In this document: in pieces, positions 1-12,824 of the stretch
Position numbering within the stretch: position 1 is the stretch's first letter
How the letters are laid out: every line of letters starts with the position of its first letter
Origin: Chromera velia
Lineage: Eukaryota
Assembly (NCBI GenBank): GCA_018398765.1
Contig: JAHBMJ010000512.1
Location: 1-46,384 of the forward strand
Length of the DNA: 46,384 bases
Direction of reading: 5' to 3'
Made by a program: the position numbers and the translations under genes
Notes under the pieces: model-generated
What the model was told of the DNA's origin: nothing
Seen by the model: the letters and a program-made list of their open reading frames with translations, nothing else
Database searches by the model: none

Positions 1-414
1 TTCGTCTTGTTTCTCTTTTCTGTCGTCGAGAGGAGGAGGAAGACTTAACAGAACCGTTAAAAAGATGTAAGTGGTGACGTGACATAAAGACATAAAGAAG
101 TCAGTCAGTCAGTCAGTCAGACAGACCGACAGAGACAGACCAAAACACGACACGGAAAGGTGGTCAGACAGACAGAAAGAGAAACAGGCAGACAAGCAGG
201 CAAGCAGATACCCAGACAGAGTGATAGACTGACTGTCTGCGTGACTTCGTATCACTTTTCATCTTCCTTCTTTCTCTTGACGACCGATCAGACGGACATG
301 CAGGCGGGCAGGTAGATAGACAGATCTACTCGACAAATCGACGCAAAACGAATGAATGAATGAATCAATGAATGAATGAATGAATGAAAGAATGAGTCAA
401 TCAAATCAATCAAA

Positions 415-445
<31 letters not shown>

Positions 446-480
446 GCGCAGGCAGAGAGAGAGAGAGAGAGAGAGGGGGG

Positions 481-532
<52 letters not shown>

Positions 533-1772
533 AAGCAAGAAAGAAAGAAAGAAAGAAAGAAAGAAAAGAAAGAATTAACCGTCTCTCCACACAATTCACA
601 CGATGGCCACTCGTGTCCTGTGCAGGCGCGTGGCGAGGAACAAACAAGAGGACCCAGCAGAAGTTGGCGGTTCATGCATTTATTTTCATACAGAATTCTG
701 TATTTTTTTCCTGTATAGCTGTATTAAAATGTATGAAAATGAATGCAGGCGCGTGGCGAGAAACAAACAAGAGAACCCAGCAGAAGTTGGCGGTTCCGGA
801 TCCGGCGAGCTCCAGTAGAGAGAACAGAAGAGAAGCCAAGGGTCACAAAGACAATGAAAAGGGCGACAGATAGAAGAGAAGGAGGGAGGGAGAAGGGGGG
901 TGGCAAAAAAACAGTCCAGGCAGGCAGACAAGAAGTCGATGCGCTGAGTGAGTGAGTGAGTGAGTGAGTGAGTGAATGAAGGTTTCAATTATTCTCAGGA
1001 CAACTGCAAGAATGGATTTGAATTAATGTCTATCTGACTGGGTGGGGGGTGACAGGGCAGAGATTGGGGGGTGCACGATCATTTCCACTCATTTTTGACA
1101 CAAGCCAGTAAAAATCGCAGAAACAAACAGAGGTCGACTCAAGGAAACAGGCATGCAAAAAAAGGGGACGAAGAGGAATGCCAGAAGTAGAAGAAGAGAT
1201 CGAGAAGCGAGCTTGAAAGAAAGGATTCATTCCGCAGAGCTTGCCAGGGAGTAACAAACGAACGAACGAACCGAATGATTTGATTGAATCACTCACCCAG
1301 GAGGGTTTCTCGAGAGATCTAGACTAAGCCGCGCCCCCCCTCTCTCTAACTGTCGATGGATCGATCAGTCAAAAAAGACATGATCGAAAGCAGGAATCGA
1401 TGTGTGCGTGAACTGATTCGATGCATCTCATGCATGCATGTGGGACGAATGGGGGGAGGGAGGGAAGCAAAGGGAAGCGAGACACAGGGAAGGAACCCCA
1501 AAAGGAAAGGAAGCTATCGTTGGTCCGAGCAAGGAAGCAAGCACGCCGGCAGTCCTTTGCCTTTCTTTCGTTTTCCTCTTCCATCCACTCACTGATTGGT
1601 TGACACGTGGGTCCTGGAACCTGTCGATCTCTGTGCCATCCATGCGGCCATGCAGTAAAAAGATAAGATCGCTAAAAAAGAGGGCAGCGTACACCCTGCA
1701 GAAGCCAAGAATAAGGTATGGGAGATCTACGGAGACGCTGGGAGGGAGACCGAAGGGCGGAAGAAAGTCCAT
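1..1772 (-). CDS. Putative multi-exon gene of unknown function, probably running off the left edge. Candidate exons ~1772-1593, ~1323-1297, ~617-580, ~277-236, ~42-1.
   Basis: Short non-repetitive segments between microsatellite blocks have minus-strand AG/GT boundaries. One phase-consistent join reads MDFLPPFG...DPRVNQS-SRSLEKPSW-DTSGHRVNCVER-RERRKMKSDTKSRR-HLPPPLDDRKEKQDE. No recognisable domain; other joins are possible. Confidence 0.35.
621..796. mobile_element. Tiny hairpin element (674-743) flanked by a 53-bp direct duplication (621-673 / 744-796)
   Basis: The duplicated flanks differ at 2 positions. The insert has inverted ends TGCATTTATTTTCATACA...TGTATGAAAATGAATGCA and shares ATTTTCATACAGAATTCT with the reverse complement of the element at 9427-9493. 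Confidence 0.75.
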
Positions 1773-1843
1773 TTCACAGGGGCAGTGACAATTTTCAGAA
1801 TGGCGACACGCACACAGATTCCATCGTATGCCCTCTAGAATTC

Positions 1844-1892
<49 letters not shown>

Positions 1893-3637
1893 CACAAGAC
1901 GACACGGTAAGGCTTGACGCCCCCACCGTCCATCCATCCGTGAGTTGTCATGCATGTCACAACGTACACTCGTCACAAGAGAATCCCGCGTTCTGCCTGG
2001 ATGCAGCCGTTTTGCATGTCTCCCTCCATCCATCCTACCATCCATCCGTTCTTCCATTCGTTCATTGGATCGATCGATCAATCACCCTCGGACCTCTTTG
2101 TCGGATCGAGAGAGAATCCATTCAAGGATCAATCCTGCCAGAGCAGGCCCGAGGGGAGGGGGGAGTAAAAGTTAGAGTCAAGAAAAGAATCAATCAATCA
2201 ATCACTCCAGATGGATAAATCGACTCTAGGGATCGATTACAAACATCAAACAGTAGACAAGAAAGAAGCGTTTCTTTCGTTTTTCGTCGATGATGCACAC
2301 CTTTTCGATGTGTACTTAATTTCGTTGCATGACCTTTTTTCTGTCTGCATATGTGAAAACCGGATTTGATTAAATAGTCTTCACCTTCATGACTTAATTC
2401 TTTTATTTAATTTAAAACATGTATCTCGGCATGCATTTTCTGATTTCATTATAATATATCCTTGCGGTTGACTTCAATGATTTGATCGAAGTAGAAGTTT
2501 TATGTCGAAACAATGCACCTCAATTTTTTTTCCATCCAACCATCTTTCAATCATTCTCAGTATAATTTGCTCAGTCTTTGTCAAAGAGGGAGCTAAAAAA
2601 GAAAACAAAAGAATTGGAAAATTGAAAAAACATATGAATAACTTTGAAAGCTGTAGATAAACTCAAAACTTTTATAATTGTCTACACACATTATAATATA
2701 CTGAAACTTTCCAATACAAATTTGAAGTAACTGATAGACTTTGCGCAGTACAGCAACTTCAAGTTAAAAATATATAAGAGGTGAAGATTTGAAGGTGGTG
2801 GGGCAACAACAGCTTGAAGTATTATCTGAGAGTGAATGTGGAATGCATTAGAATGTACGTAATATGTATGTACTGTCACACACGGTACTCGAGAGAGAAT
2901 GTTTGTGTACTTGCAAAGCCTTAGCGGTTGTAACCAGATATATGATATAAATACGCATTGAGGCCTCTGTTGAGAAAGCCCAAAGTTATGCCTTGATTGA
3001 ACCTCAACAAAAAAGAAGGAGAGAAAGATTTTTTTAAAGATACATTTTTATTAGAAAGAAAATAAGTGACTTCGCATGCATTTGCGCACGGAGTGAGTGT
3101 ATACATGAAAAAAAGGTGATGTGTGCCATCACGAGCCCGGCCCCCATATGTTTAATTCTTTAGTGTCTTTTTAGTCCTATGTCGGGCCAGTATGCATCTT
3201 GCCTAGGCATAGATCTTGTCCATCTGTTACGCGGTCATTCTACTGCCAGCGTAATGATAGCCTTACCCCCCCCTCTGGACTAAGCCATCGATTACCATCG
3301 ATCCTAGTTTATGCCTTTCATGGCAAACAAAAGTTAATACCTTTCATTCTCCGTGTGTTCGCGTGGTCAACTCTCTATCTGTAGATGGGCGTAGTGGTCT
3401 TCTTTCCCCTTCCCGGCTTCTTCTTCAGTGATGCCCGTATACCCGCGTGCCCAAATAAAAAATTTGTTTCTTCTCAACAATCCATGTGTTTAATGCATGC
3501 ATGCCATGCATGCATGCATGCATGCATACATGCAGGCGCGCGCTTCGGCATGTATGCACGCTATATAAGAATATAAACTGGGCTTATTACTGAAATTGTC
3601 TGACCGTGATGTACTTACTGTAAGGCATGTCAGCAAC

Positions 3638-6600
3638 ATGGTGGGAAGCTTCCACATCGTCCTTCGGCGAGATTCCCGTGCTATGCAAGTCTGCGCACAC
3701 CTTTACAGAGACGCGCGGAAGGAACAGATCTCCGGGAATGAAGCAGAAGACTCTGAGACTAAAAAATCGCATGTGAGGAAGATCCAGAGTTGCTTTCGGG
3801 TTCCCTGCCTCCCTGCTTCCTTTCCTGTCTGTCCGTCTGTCTCAAGAATTCTTCGCTAGATACGAAAAAGCTGCCGAAATCATCCAAAGAGCAGCCAAAA
3901 AGACGTAGCAGGAGAAGCGTGGTTCCATTCGTACACACAAGTAAGGAAGGTTCAGCCCTAGCACAACAGATGGGATCTTCAATTTCGATTTCGGAAGCGT
4001 TGGGGTACAATGAGGCAGAGAGAGCAGAACGGCTGCGGAGGCGAAGGTCCAGGAGTGTGCCCCCCTCCTGGCGGCAGCAGAAGCAGAAGCAGACTGCTGA
4101 GGAGGAGGACGAGAAGGGAGTCTGCAGGGGCTCTGCCAAGCTCGACAGGGTACTGGGCATGGACAGTGAGACTCGGGAGGGGGCAGAGAAGGGGCAATTC
4201 AATTTGGTCAGTGCAGAAAGATGAATGGATGGGAAAATCGAATGATGAGGGCATCGGTTGCTGGATAGACGGGTAGACAAAAGTACAGACAGATAGATAG
4301 ATAGACGGATATATACATACATACATACATATATATGTACGAGAGAGAGGTAGAGAGATGCGTCTATGGGCAAATAAAGGAACGAATGGGTAAATCGAAA
4401 GGGGAATCGATGCATAGACAGATTGACAGGCAGAAGACGTGCGACGAAAAAACACAGATGCATGTGGTCTTTGGGGCGATCGATCCATCTCGACTCCGGC
4501 AAATCAGAGGAGCGAAGGCCTCTCCTTCCTTGCGCTTGTCTCTGGGGGGGGGGGCACACGATTCTTCTGTGTATGACGCCCCTGCTTTTTTTCATTCCTC
4601 CGCTTCTTCTCCATGCATCCTGAGGTGACGCACTCGTTCCTTCTGAGAGAAGAGAAAAAAAAAAAAGAATTGACCGGCAGAAATGCACACAGTAGACGCA
4701 AAACGAATTCAAGAGCAAACGGGTTTGATGCTGTGACAGAAGGGTAGTGCGGTGCGTGACAGCGTGCCATGACGTGCCGCGCCAATTCTGCACGCGTGCC
4801 CAAAGGGAGACTTGAATTCAAACGACGCACCCCACTGACCACGGGAGGAAAGCCTTCTCTCACCGCTCTCCCTTTGTGTTTCATTCAAGTCATCCGTGCA
4901 GGTTCGTTCCATTTCTCTGAAGTTTGATGCAAAGGAACTTCGTCAAAGCGAACGACAGGTCGGCAGCCGCATAGGCACGAGAGGGAGGGTCTGCATGTAT
5001 TCCGGCCCCCTGCAGGGTCATCCATGTGTATGCAAATCCCACCCTCGAGGGATCGGGAGAGTGTCCGTCTCTGCATTCGTTTGTTTGGCTGCCCTGCTGT
5101 GAACAGTCTGCAGGGGCTGCCTGTCAGGTTCTTGTGTTTTAATGCGTCCAGTGGCCAGTCTGTCGGTCTCTGTGTGTTTCAGTTGATCAGTCTGTGTATG
5201 ATTGTGTGTGTGTGTGTGTGTGTCGCGGTCTTAATCTTGGTCTATCTGACTGCCTGTCTGTGTGGTAGGAATGTTGATGCATTCCCTTTGTGCATGTTGT
5301 CAGTGAATGCGTTCATTCGTCCGCTTTGTCCTTTCTTCTAATTTCATGTGTTTACTTCTGCATGCATCGGACTGCATGCATGCATGTATGCCCTGTTGCC
5401 CTCTGTGTTGCTTGCTTGCTTGCTTGCAGGCCCTCTTGCAGCAACACATCCCCCAGAGAATCCGGTACGACTGGGACCCTTCTCTGACCCTCTCGCCGGC
5501 GGGCGTGCTCTTGTTTGGAGCCGTGAAAAGAGACGAGAAACCTTTTGCGGTCGGTCAGCACAGGCAGATGATAGCATGCCTTTTCCTAGCTCTCCCTGAA
5601 GCTGACTGACCCTAGCTAGGTGCATTCAGTCAGAGATCAAGGTGGGAGCGAATTAAGTAGTGGACAAGGGACGGCGTTTTGGATGTCAGTTGGTCCATCC
5701 ATCCATCCATCCATGAAGAAAAGTCGGGAGCGAGGTTGGTGTTCCAGTCCCACCCACTTTCGTCACCATGCAATCCTGTCAGCATGCTTTAGTGTTCTCA
5801 TCTAGATTTGAGTTAGTGCACGCGCATTCGTCTCTGACTTTGATCATCGTCGATTTGCATATATGTATGTGGCCGCACGCACGCATGGGCGGATGGATGC
5901 AGGACAAGGAGGTCCGAATTCTGGGGGTGCCGTCTCTCGAGGATGCCTTCGCGCCCCCTCCCTCCTCCGTGTTTCCTCTGAGCCCCCACCTGCTGGCAAG
6001 GAGAAGACACTCGCTGATGTGGAACGACAAGAGTCCCCAGGCGGGCGGGGGGGCGGCAGGGGGGGGACCGGCAGACTTTGGGGTGTTGCCGGGAGACCGA
6101 GGAGGTCTGTCTGTTTGTTTGTTTGATTGCTGCATGGATGGCAGTGTGTTTGTTTTTCAGTCTGGGCTTTTGTTCTAATTGCGTTTGTGTTGCCAATCAG
6201 AGTGCATTGCGGAAGTCTGCCTGAGTGAAGGGAGGAGTGAGAAAGAAAGAAAGAGGGCGCGTCTGCTTGAAGGAAAAACAACGAAGATCCAGGTAGCGGC
6301 AGAAAGAAAAAATAAAAACTGAGAAACCTAGCAAGGTAAGAGTAGTGCGTTGAGATGTCTCAAAAGCTCCTGAAGGCAGCAAGCTTGACAGACACGGAAT
6401 GAAGGTACAAACAAGAGCGAATGAGCGCTCGTGCTTGCAGACGGAATGAGATGGAGGGTCGGTCATCCACAGCATGCAATTCAAGAGGCGTGACGAGGAA
6501 AAGGCAGGCCCCAAGTGGATGATCGAGAGAGGAAAAGGCAGGCCCCAAGAGGATGATCGAGAGAGGAAAAGGCAGGCCCCAAGTGGATGATCGAGAGAGG

Positions 6601-8190
6601 AAAAGGCAGGCCCCAAGAGGATGGTCGAGAGAGGAAAAGGCAGGCCCCAAGTGGAGGATCGAGAGAGGAAAAGGCAGGCCCCAAGAGGATGATCGAGAGA
6701 GGAAAAGGCAGGCCCCAAGTGGAGGATCGAGAGAGGAAAAGGCAGGCCCCAAGAGGATGATCGAGAGAGGAAAAGGCAGGCCCCAAGAGGATGATCGAGA
6801 GAGGAAAAGGCAGGCCCCAAGAGGATGATCGAGAGAGGAAAAGGCAGGCCCCAAGAGGATGATCGAGAGAGGAAAAGGCAGGCCCCAAGAGGATGATCGA
6901 GAGAGGAAAAGGCAGGCCCCAAGTGGATGATCGAGAGAGGAAAAGGCAGGCCCCAAGTGGAGGATCGAGAGAGAAGTGCCGCAGCTTGCTGCATTCGTGT
7001 AAACATGCGACCAAAATGTGGCAAAGAAATTTTGTTGCTTCCCACAAGCCAGTCAGACAGCTTGCTTGCACACCTCCTTGCTGAATGCACAAAACACGAG
7101 CGCCGTACGTGCCTCTTTTGAATACTTTCCATGCCTCATTGAATGTCTGCAACATACAATTGCAGGTGTTGTTCCACGCCGAGAGATGGCGTTGCCGAGA
7201 CAGGGTAGCGCTCCCTCCCGCGTCTTTCAGCAGGCCGGGCTCGTGTCTCCGGAGTGCTCCCCCCTGAGCCGGCCCTCGGGGCCCCGGCCCGCCTCCACGA
7301 ACGCCCCCTCCTCCGTGCATGCCTCTGCTCCACTGAGGTCCGATCATGAGCGTGAACCCGGGACGGGACTTGACAAGAGCCAGCAGGGGCACCCGCGGGG
7401 CCGCAAGAAGGGGGCAGTGAACGTGAGGGTCAACTCATTTGCGAGTTCCTGGATGGAGGCTGTGGGTGCGGCTGTGGTATCACGAAGGGGACTGAAGCAC
7501 GACCCCCCTCTACCCACAGACCCTCCAAATCAGGATAACTTCTTTGTCGCTCAGTGCGAAGAAGGCGGGGCAACTCTGTGTGGAGTCCTGGACGGGCACG
7601 GAGACTATGGACACTTTGTCTCACTGTCAGTCGATCGATGAGTACATGAAAAAAAAAAGTTCAAGAAGGCAGACAGGCGGGAAGCATCTCTCAGCGTGTG
7701 TTTTTTTTTTTTCAAAGCTGCAAGTTACAACGACACCATTTATTCCCCCCCCCCCCCCNNNNNNNNNNNNNNNNNNNNNNNNNNNNNNNNNNNNNNNNNN
7801 NNNNNNNNNNNNNNNNNNNNNNNNNNNNNNNNNNNNNNNNNNNNNNNNNNNNNNNNNNNNNNNNNNNNNNNNNNNNNNNNNNNNNNNNNNNNNNNNNNNN
7901 NNNNNNNNNNNNNNNNNNNNNNNNNNNNNNNNNNNNNNNNNCCCCCCCTCTCGCTCTCTTTGTGTGTGTGTGAGAGAGAGAGGGAGAGAGAGACTGCCCG
8001 AGAGGATCAAAAATGCGTCTCTTCCTCCCTCCCTGCTGATTCATGAAATGAAGAGAGTCTAGCTCTAGCTCTAGCTCTAGCTCTCAGATGTGCCGCGTGG
8101 AGGGAGGCATAGATGCATGATACTTTCTTCCTTTCTTTCTTTCTTTCTTTCTTGCTTGCTTTCTTTCTTATTTTCCTTCTTTCTGTCTTC

Positions 8191-8221
<31 letters not shown>

Positions 8222-8225
8222 TTTT

Positions 8226-8256
<31 letters not shown>

Positions 8257-8365
8257 GTCTGTCTGTCTTTCTTTCTTTCTGCGTTTGTTTCTTTCTTTCT
8301 TTTTTTTCTTTCTTTCTTTTTTTCTTTTTTCTTTCTTTCTTTCTTTCTTTCTTTCTTTTTTTTTT

Positions 8366-8397
<32 letters not shown>

Positions 8398-8768
8398 GCT
8401 TGCTTGCTTTCTTTCTTTCTTGCTTTCTTTCTTGTTTGGTCTCTGGCTGTCTCTGGAAGAATATTCACTTTGAACGAATTTCTTTCTTTATCTCTGTCTC
8501 CCTCTCTCTCTCTCTTTTCCCACGATGGATGAGTGCTGCTGCAGACGACTCGCGCAGTCTCTTCCGCACTTCATCATGACCAGCTCTTACTGGAAAGGGA
8601 GGGCAGACGGAGAAGAGAAAGATCTGAAGAGAGCACTTAGGAACGCCTTTGAGCTCGCACAGACGGACCTGAAGCTCTTCTCTATCCTCCATGGGGTCTG
8701 TTTGTCTGTCTGTCTGTCTCTCTGCTTCTCTGTTTGTCTGTCCGTCTCTCTCTCCTTTTGTCTGACCG

Positions 8769-8824
<56 letters not shown>

Positions 8825-8857
8825 CCTCTCCCTCCCTCCCTCCCTCCCTCCCTCCCG

Positions 8858-8890
<33 letters not shown>

Positions 8891-11441
8891 TCCCTTTCTC
8901 TCTGTCTATCTGCCTGTAAGAGAAGAAAGAAAAAGACAGACCAGAATGAAAAAAGAGAAAAAGGTAAAGAAAGGACGATGTTGTCTGTCTGTCGATTCAC
9001 CTGTCTGCCTGTCGTCTGTCCCCTTGACTGCGCACGTGAAAAAACACTCCTGTGTGTTGCACCCTTTGCGAGGGTGTATGCTTACATGGGTGCGTCGATG
9101 AAAGTCTGTGGAGCATCCCTGCGACATTGTTGGTGCATTGTGTGTACAGGTCGACATAGCGTGCAGCGGCTCCACCGCCGTCGTGGCGGTGCGCAGAGGA
9201 CCCGACCTCTTCGTTGCGCACGTGGGAGACTCCAAGGGTCTGTCTGTCTCTTTGTTTTTTTCTCTGTTCTGTCTTTTTTTGCCTCTGTGCTTGTGTGCAT
9301 GTGTAGCTCCTTGCCTGCCCACCTGTTCACCTGTCCACCTGCCCGCCTGACTCCCAATACTTGAACCTGAATGATAACCTCATGAAAGGCATGGACGGCA
9401 ATAGTCTCCCTCAAGGATCTGTACCTGTATGGATTCATTTTCTGTACCTGTACCTGTATGGAAAAAGAATTCTGTATGAAAATGAATCCATACTCCCTCC
9501 AGGACCTGTACCTTCATTGTCGAGTCTGTCCATCGAATTGATTCGTCGTCCGGATTTCATTTTTTTCACTAATCATTCAAACACACCATGCAGCTTTCAT
9601 CCTCTTTTTTCCGATCGTCGCTCCTCCCGATTTTGTTGTGCCACGGATCGTTTGCGAAAATCTCTTGCTGGCTGTCTCGCTCGAAGTGTTCTTATTTCTC
9701 GAGCTCTTCCATCCGACTGCCAACAGTCAGACCCCGTGATCTTAACGCGAAAGGACAGCAACTAAATTTAGGGTGAGGGGGGGAATAGAAACACACCCCC
9801 GCATTTGAAGAGGGGAGGGGAGAGGGTGCGCTCTGTCAGTCAGGATACTTCCTCCATATGACAGCCTGCCGGTCAGTCGAGTTGGTCATGCTGACGGACA
9901 GCGAAACACTTATCTCTGCTTGAACTTTATCTTCTCTTCTCTTCTCTTCTGCCCGCAGCTGTTCTGGCGCTTCCTGCTGGTTCTGCTCTGGTGTCCCCTA
10001 CTCCTCCGGAGCCCCTGACTGAGGAGGAAAAGGAGAAAGAAGCCAAGAAGACGGACGAAGAGAGGAAGGAGGAAGCGAAAAGGCTGACGGAGGAGATTGC
10101 ACGTTCGAAGGGAATGCAGGTGCACTACAATCCGAAGCAGGATATGACGTACATCGAAGTCACAACGGTCAGTCGATCAGTCTGCCAGCAGCCTGTTCGA
10201 TCGTTGGAGATTCCCGCCGTCAGTCAACCAGAACTCCAGTCGAGTCAAATGTCTCGTTCGTGAATGCATGAATGCATGAATGAATGAATGCATGAATGAA
10301 TGAATGCATGAATGAATGAATGAATGAATGCATGAATGAATGAATGAATGAATGAATGCATGAATGAATGAATGAATGAATGAATGAACGAATGAACGAA
10401 TAAATGAATGAATGCCAATGAATGAATGAATGAATGCATGAATGAATGCATGCATGAATGAATGCATGCATGAATGAATGAAATGAATGAATGAATGAAC
10501 GAATGAACGAATGAATGAACGAATGAATGAACGAATGAATGAATGAATGAATGAATGCATGAATGAATGAATAAATGAATGAATGCATGAATGAATGAAT
10601 GAATGAATGAATCCATGCATGAATGAATGAAATGAATGAATGAACGAATGAACGAATGAATGAATGAATGCCAATGAATGCATGAATGAATGCATGCATG
10701 AATGAATGCATGCATGAATGAATGAAATGAATGAATGAATGAACAAATGAACGAATGAATGAACGAATGAATGAATGAATGAATGAATGAATGCATGCAT
10801 GCATGAATGAATGAAATGAACGAATGAACGAATGAATGAATGAACGAATGAACGAATGAATGAACGAATGAATGAACGAATGAATGAACGAATGAACGAA
10901 TGAATGAACGAATGAATGAATGAATGAATGAATGAATGAATGCATGCATGCATGAATGAATGAAATGAATGAATGAATGAACGAATGAACGAATGAATGA
11001 ACGAATGAATGAACGAATGAACGAATGAATGAATGAATGAATGAATGAACGAATGAATGAATGAATGAACGAATGAATGAATGAATGAACGAATGAACGA
11101 ATGAACGAATGAATGAACGAATGAATGAATGAATGAATGAATGAACGAATGAATGAATGAATGAATGAATGAATGCATGCATGCATGAATGAATGAAATG
11201 AATGAATGAATGAATGAATGAATGAATGAACGAATGAACGAATGAACGAATGAATGAATGAATGAATGAATGAATGAATGAATGAATGCCAATGACAAGA
11301 TAAGATGACTTGAGACGGGGTGCCTCTGCAAACAAGAATTAGGGAACATCCCACGTATCTGACCTCTCGGAGCTGAGAACTCTCGGAGAAAGAGAGAGAG
11401 GCGCAGATGGGCGCTTAATTAATATAGGCCGAGCACAAGAG

Positions 11442-11481
<40 letters not shown>

Positions 11482-11961
11482 GAATCTATAGATGTTCATC
11501 TCTCTCTGTCTATGTGTCTGTCTGTGTATGTGAGATAACCACCCTGCAGGATCACAACGGACTCTTGGAAGAAGAGGCTCGGAGGATCGAGGCATCGGGC
11601 GGGCGTATCAAGAGAACAAGTGAGTGAGTAAGGGATCAAATGAGTGAGTCGGTTGATTGGACAGGGAGAGTCGGTCAGAGAGAGATTTTTTGATTGCTTG
11701 CTTACTTGATTGATCGATCGATCGATCGATCGATTGATTGATTGATTGATTGATTGAATGAGTGAGTGAGTGACTGATTGGCATCCTACCAAATAGTGAA
11801 CGTGTGACAATCATTTTGTCAAAGTGGAAACGGAAGATGAATGTGCAAGAGATGTTCGGGGGCAATCCGTGTGTCAGACTTTCAGACTTTCAGGCTGCAT
11901 CATCAAGCATCAACCAAGCATGATCGAGTGCATGCGTGCATGATCGAGTTCTCACACAAAA

Positions 11962-11998
<37 letters not shown>

Positions 11999-12030
11999 AC
12001 ACATATATACATGCACACACACATATACAT

Positions 12031-12065
<35 letters not shown>

Positions 12066-12789
12066 TTGTAATGCAGAGTCCAGCTGCCGCGTTTGCATCT
12101 CTGAGGAGGATGGGGGGCTGGCGATGACCCGTGCATTGGGAGACCTGGAGAGTGCCACGGTGGGCGTCCTGCACAAGCCGTCGGTCGCACAGGTAGGTCG
12201 GTCGGTACACGGAGGTAGATGCGTAGGTAGGTTCGTCTCTCTCTTGACTTGCATGGTGACGAGAAATGTGCGGAGCTCTCAAGCAAGTGAGCAGAAAAGA
12301 AGGGAGCATTTGTGATCAATGCCAAAGCACGAGGCCGAAATTTGATTAAATTGAAATTGAGGAGGAGAGATCCACAGACATGAATTGAAAGGCCGGCAGC
12401 CAAATAGACGAAGAGACGGGCAGGCAGGCATGAAAGCAGACAAGCGATTCGACCAGGCAGAAAAAGAGACAAGGACTCACAGAAGGAAGGAAGGAAGGAA
12501 GGAAGGAAGGGTGGAGAGAAGGAGTCGTCCAGTTGATTTCTCTCCTTCCTTCCTTGATTTCTGAGGCTCTTGTCAAAAGATCCGTTGCCTTTGGTTGGAT
12601 CAAGTACACTTGTTCGTTTTCTCTCCTCTGCTCTGCTCTCCTCTTTGCAGCTGCGTTTGAAGGAAGACAGCGGTGCGTTTCTGACTTTGGGGTCTGACGG
12701 CATCTGGGACGTGATGGGCATTGAGGAAACTCTGGGGGTCACGGAGAAGAAGGTCTGTCTGTCGGTCTGTCGGTCTAGACGTCAACTAG

Positions 12790-12824
<35 letters not shown>

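Noticed and set aside
3759..4793. 344-aa minus-strand ORF
   Set aside because: Antisense to PP2C exon 2 and intronic simple repeats; no protein-like motifs.
6197..7392. 198-311 aa minus-strand ORFs with LGPAFSSLDHPLGACLFLSRSSSWGLPFP repeats
   Set aside because: Produced by the 34-bp minisatellite inside PP2C intron 5; the period is not a multiple of 3.
10177..11354. 369-390 aa ORFs of SFIH repeats, and similar ORFs over (CT)n, (CA)n and (CTTT)n tracts
   Set aside because: Translations of intronic microsatellites.
11343..11441. AG/GT-bounded 99-nt open segment (GTSHVSDLSELR...) as an extra PP2C exon
   Set aside because: It would split the conserved T-T-D-H motif; the direct 10167-11550 join fits PP2C better. 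It cannot be excluded as a minor isoform.
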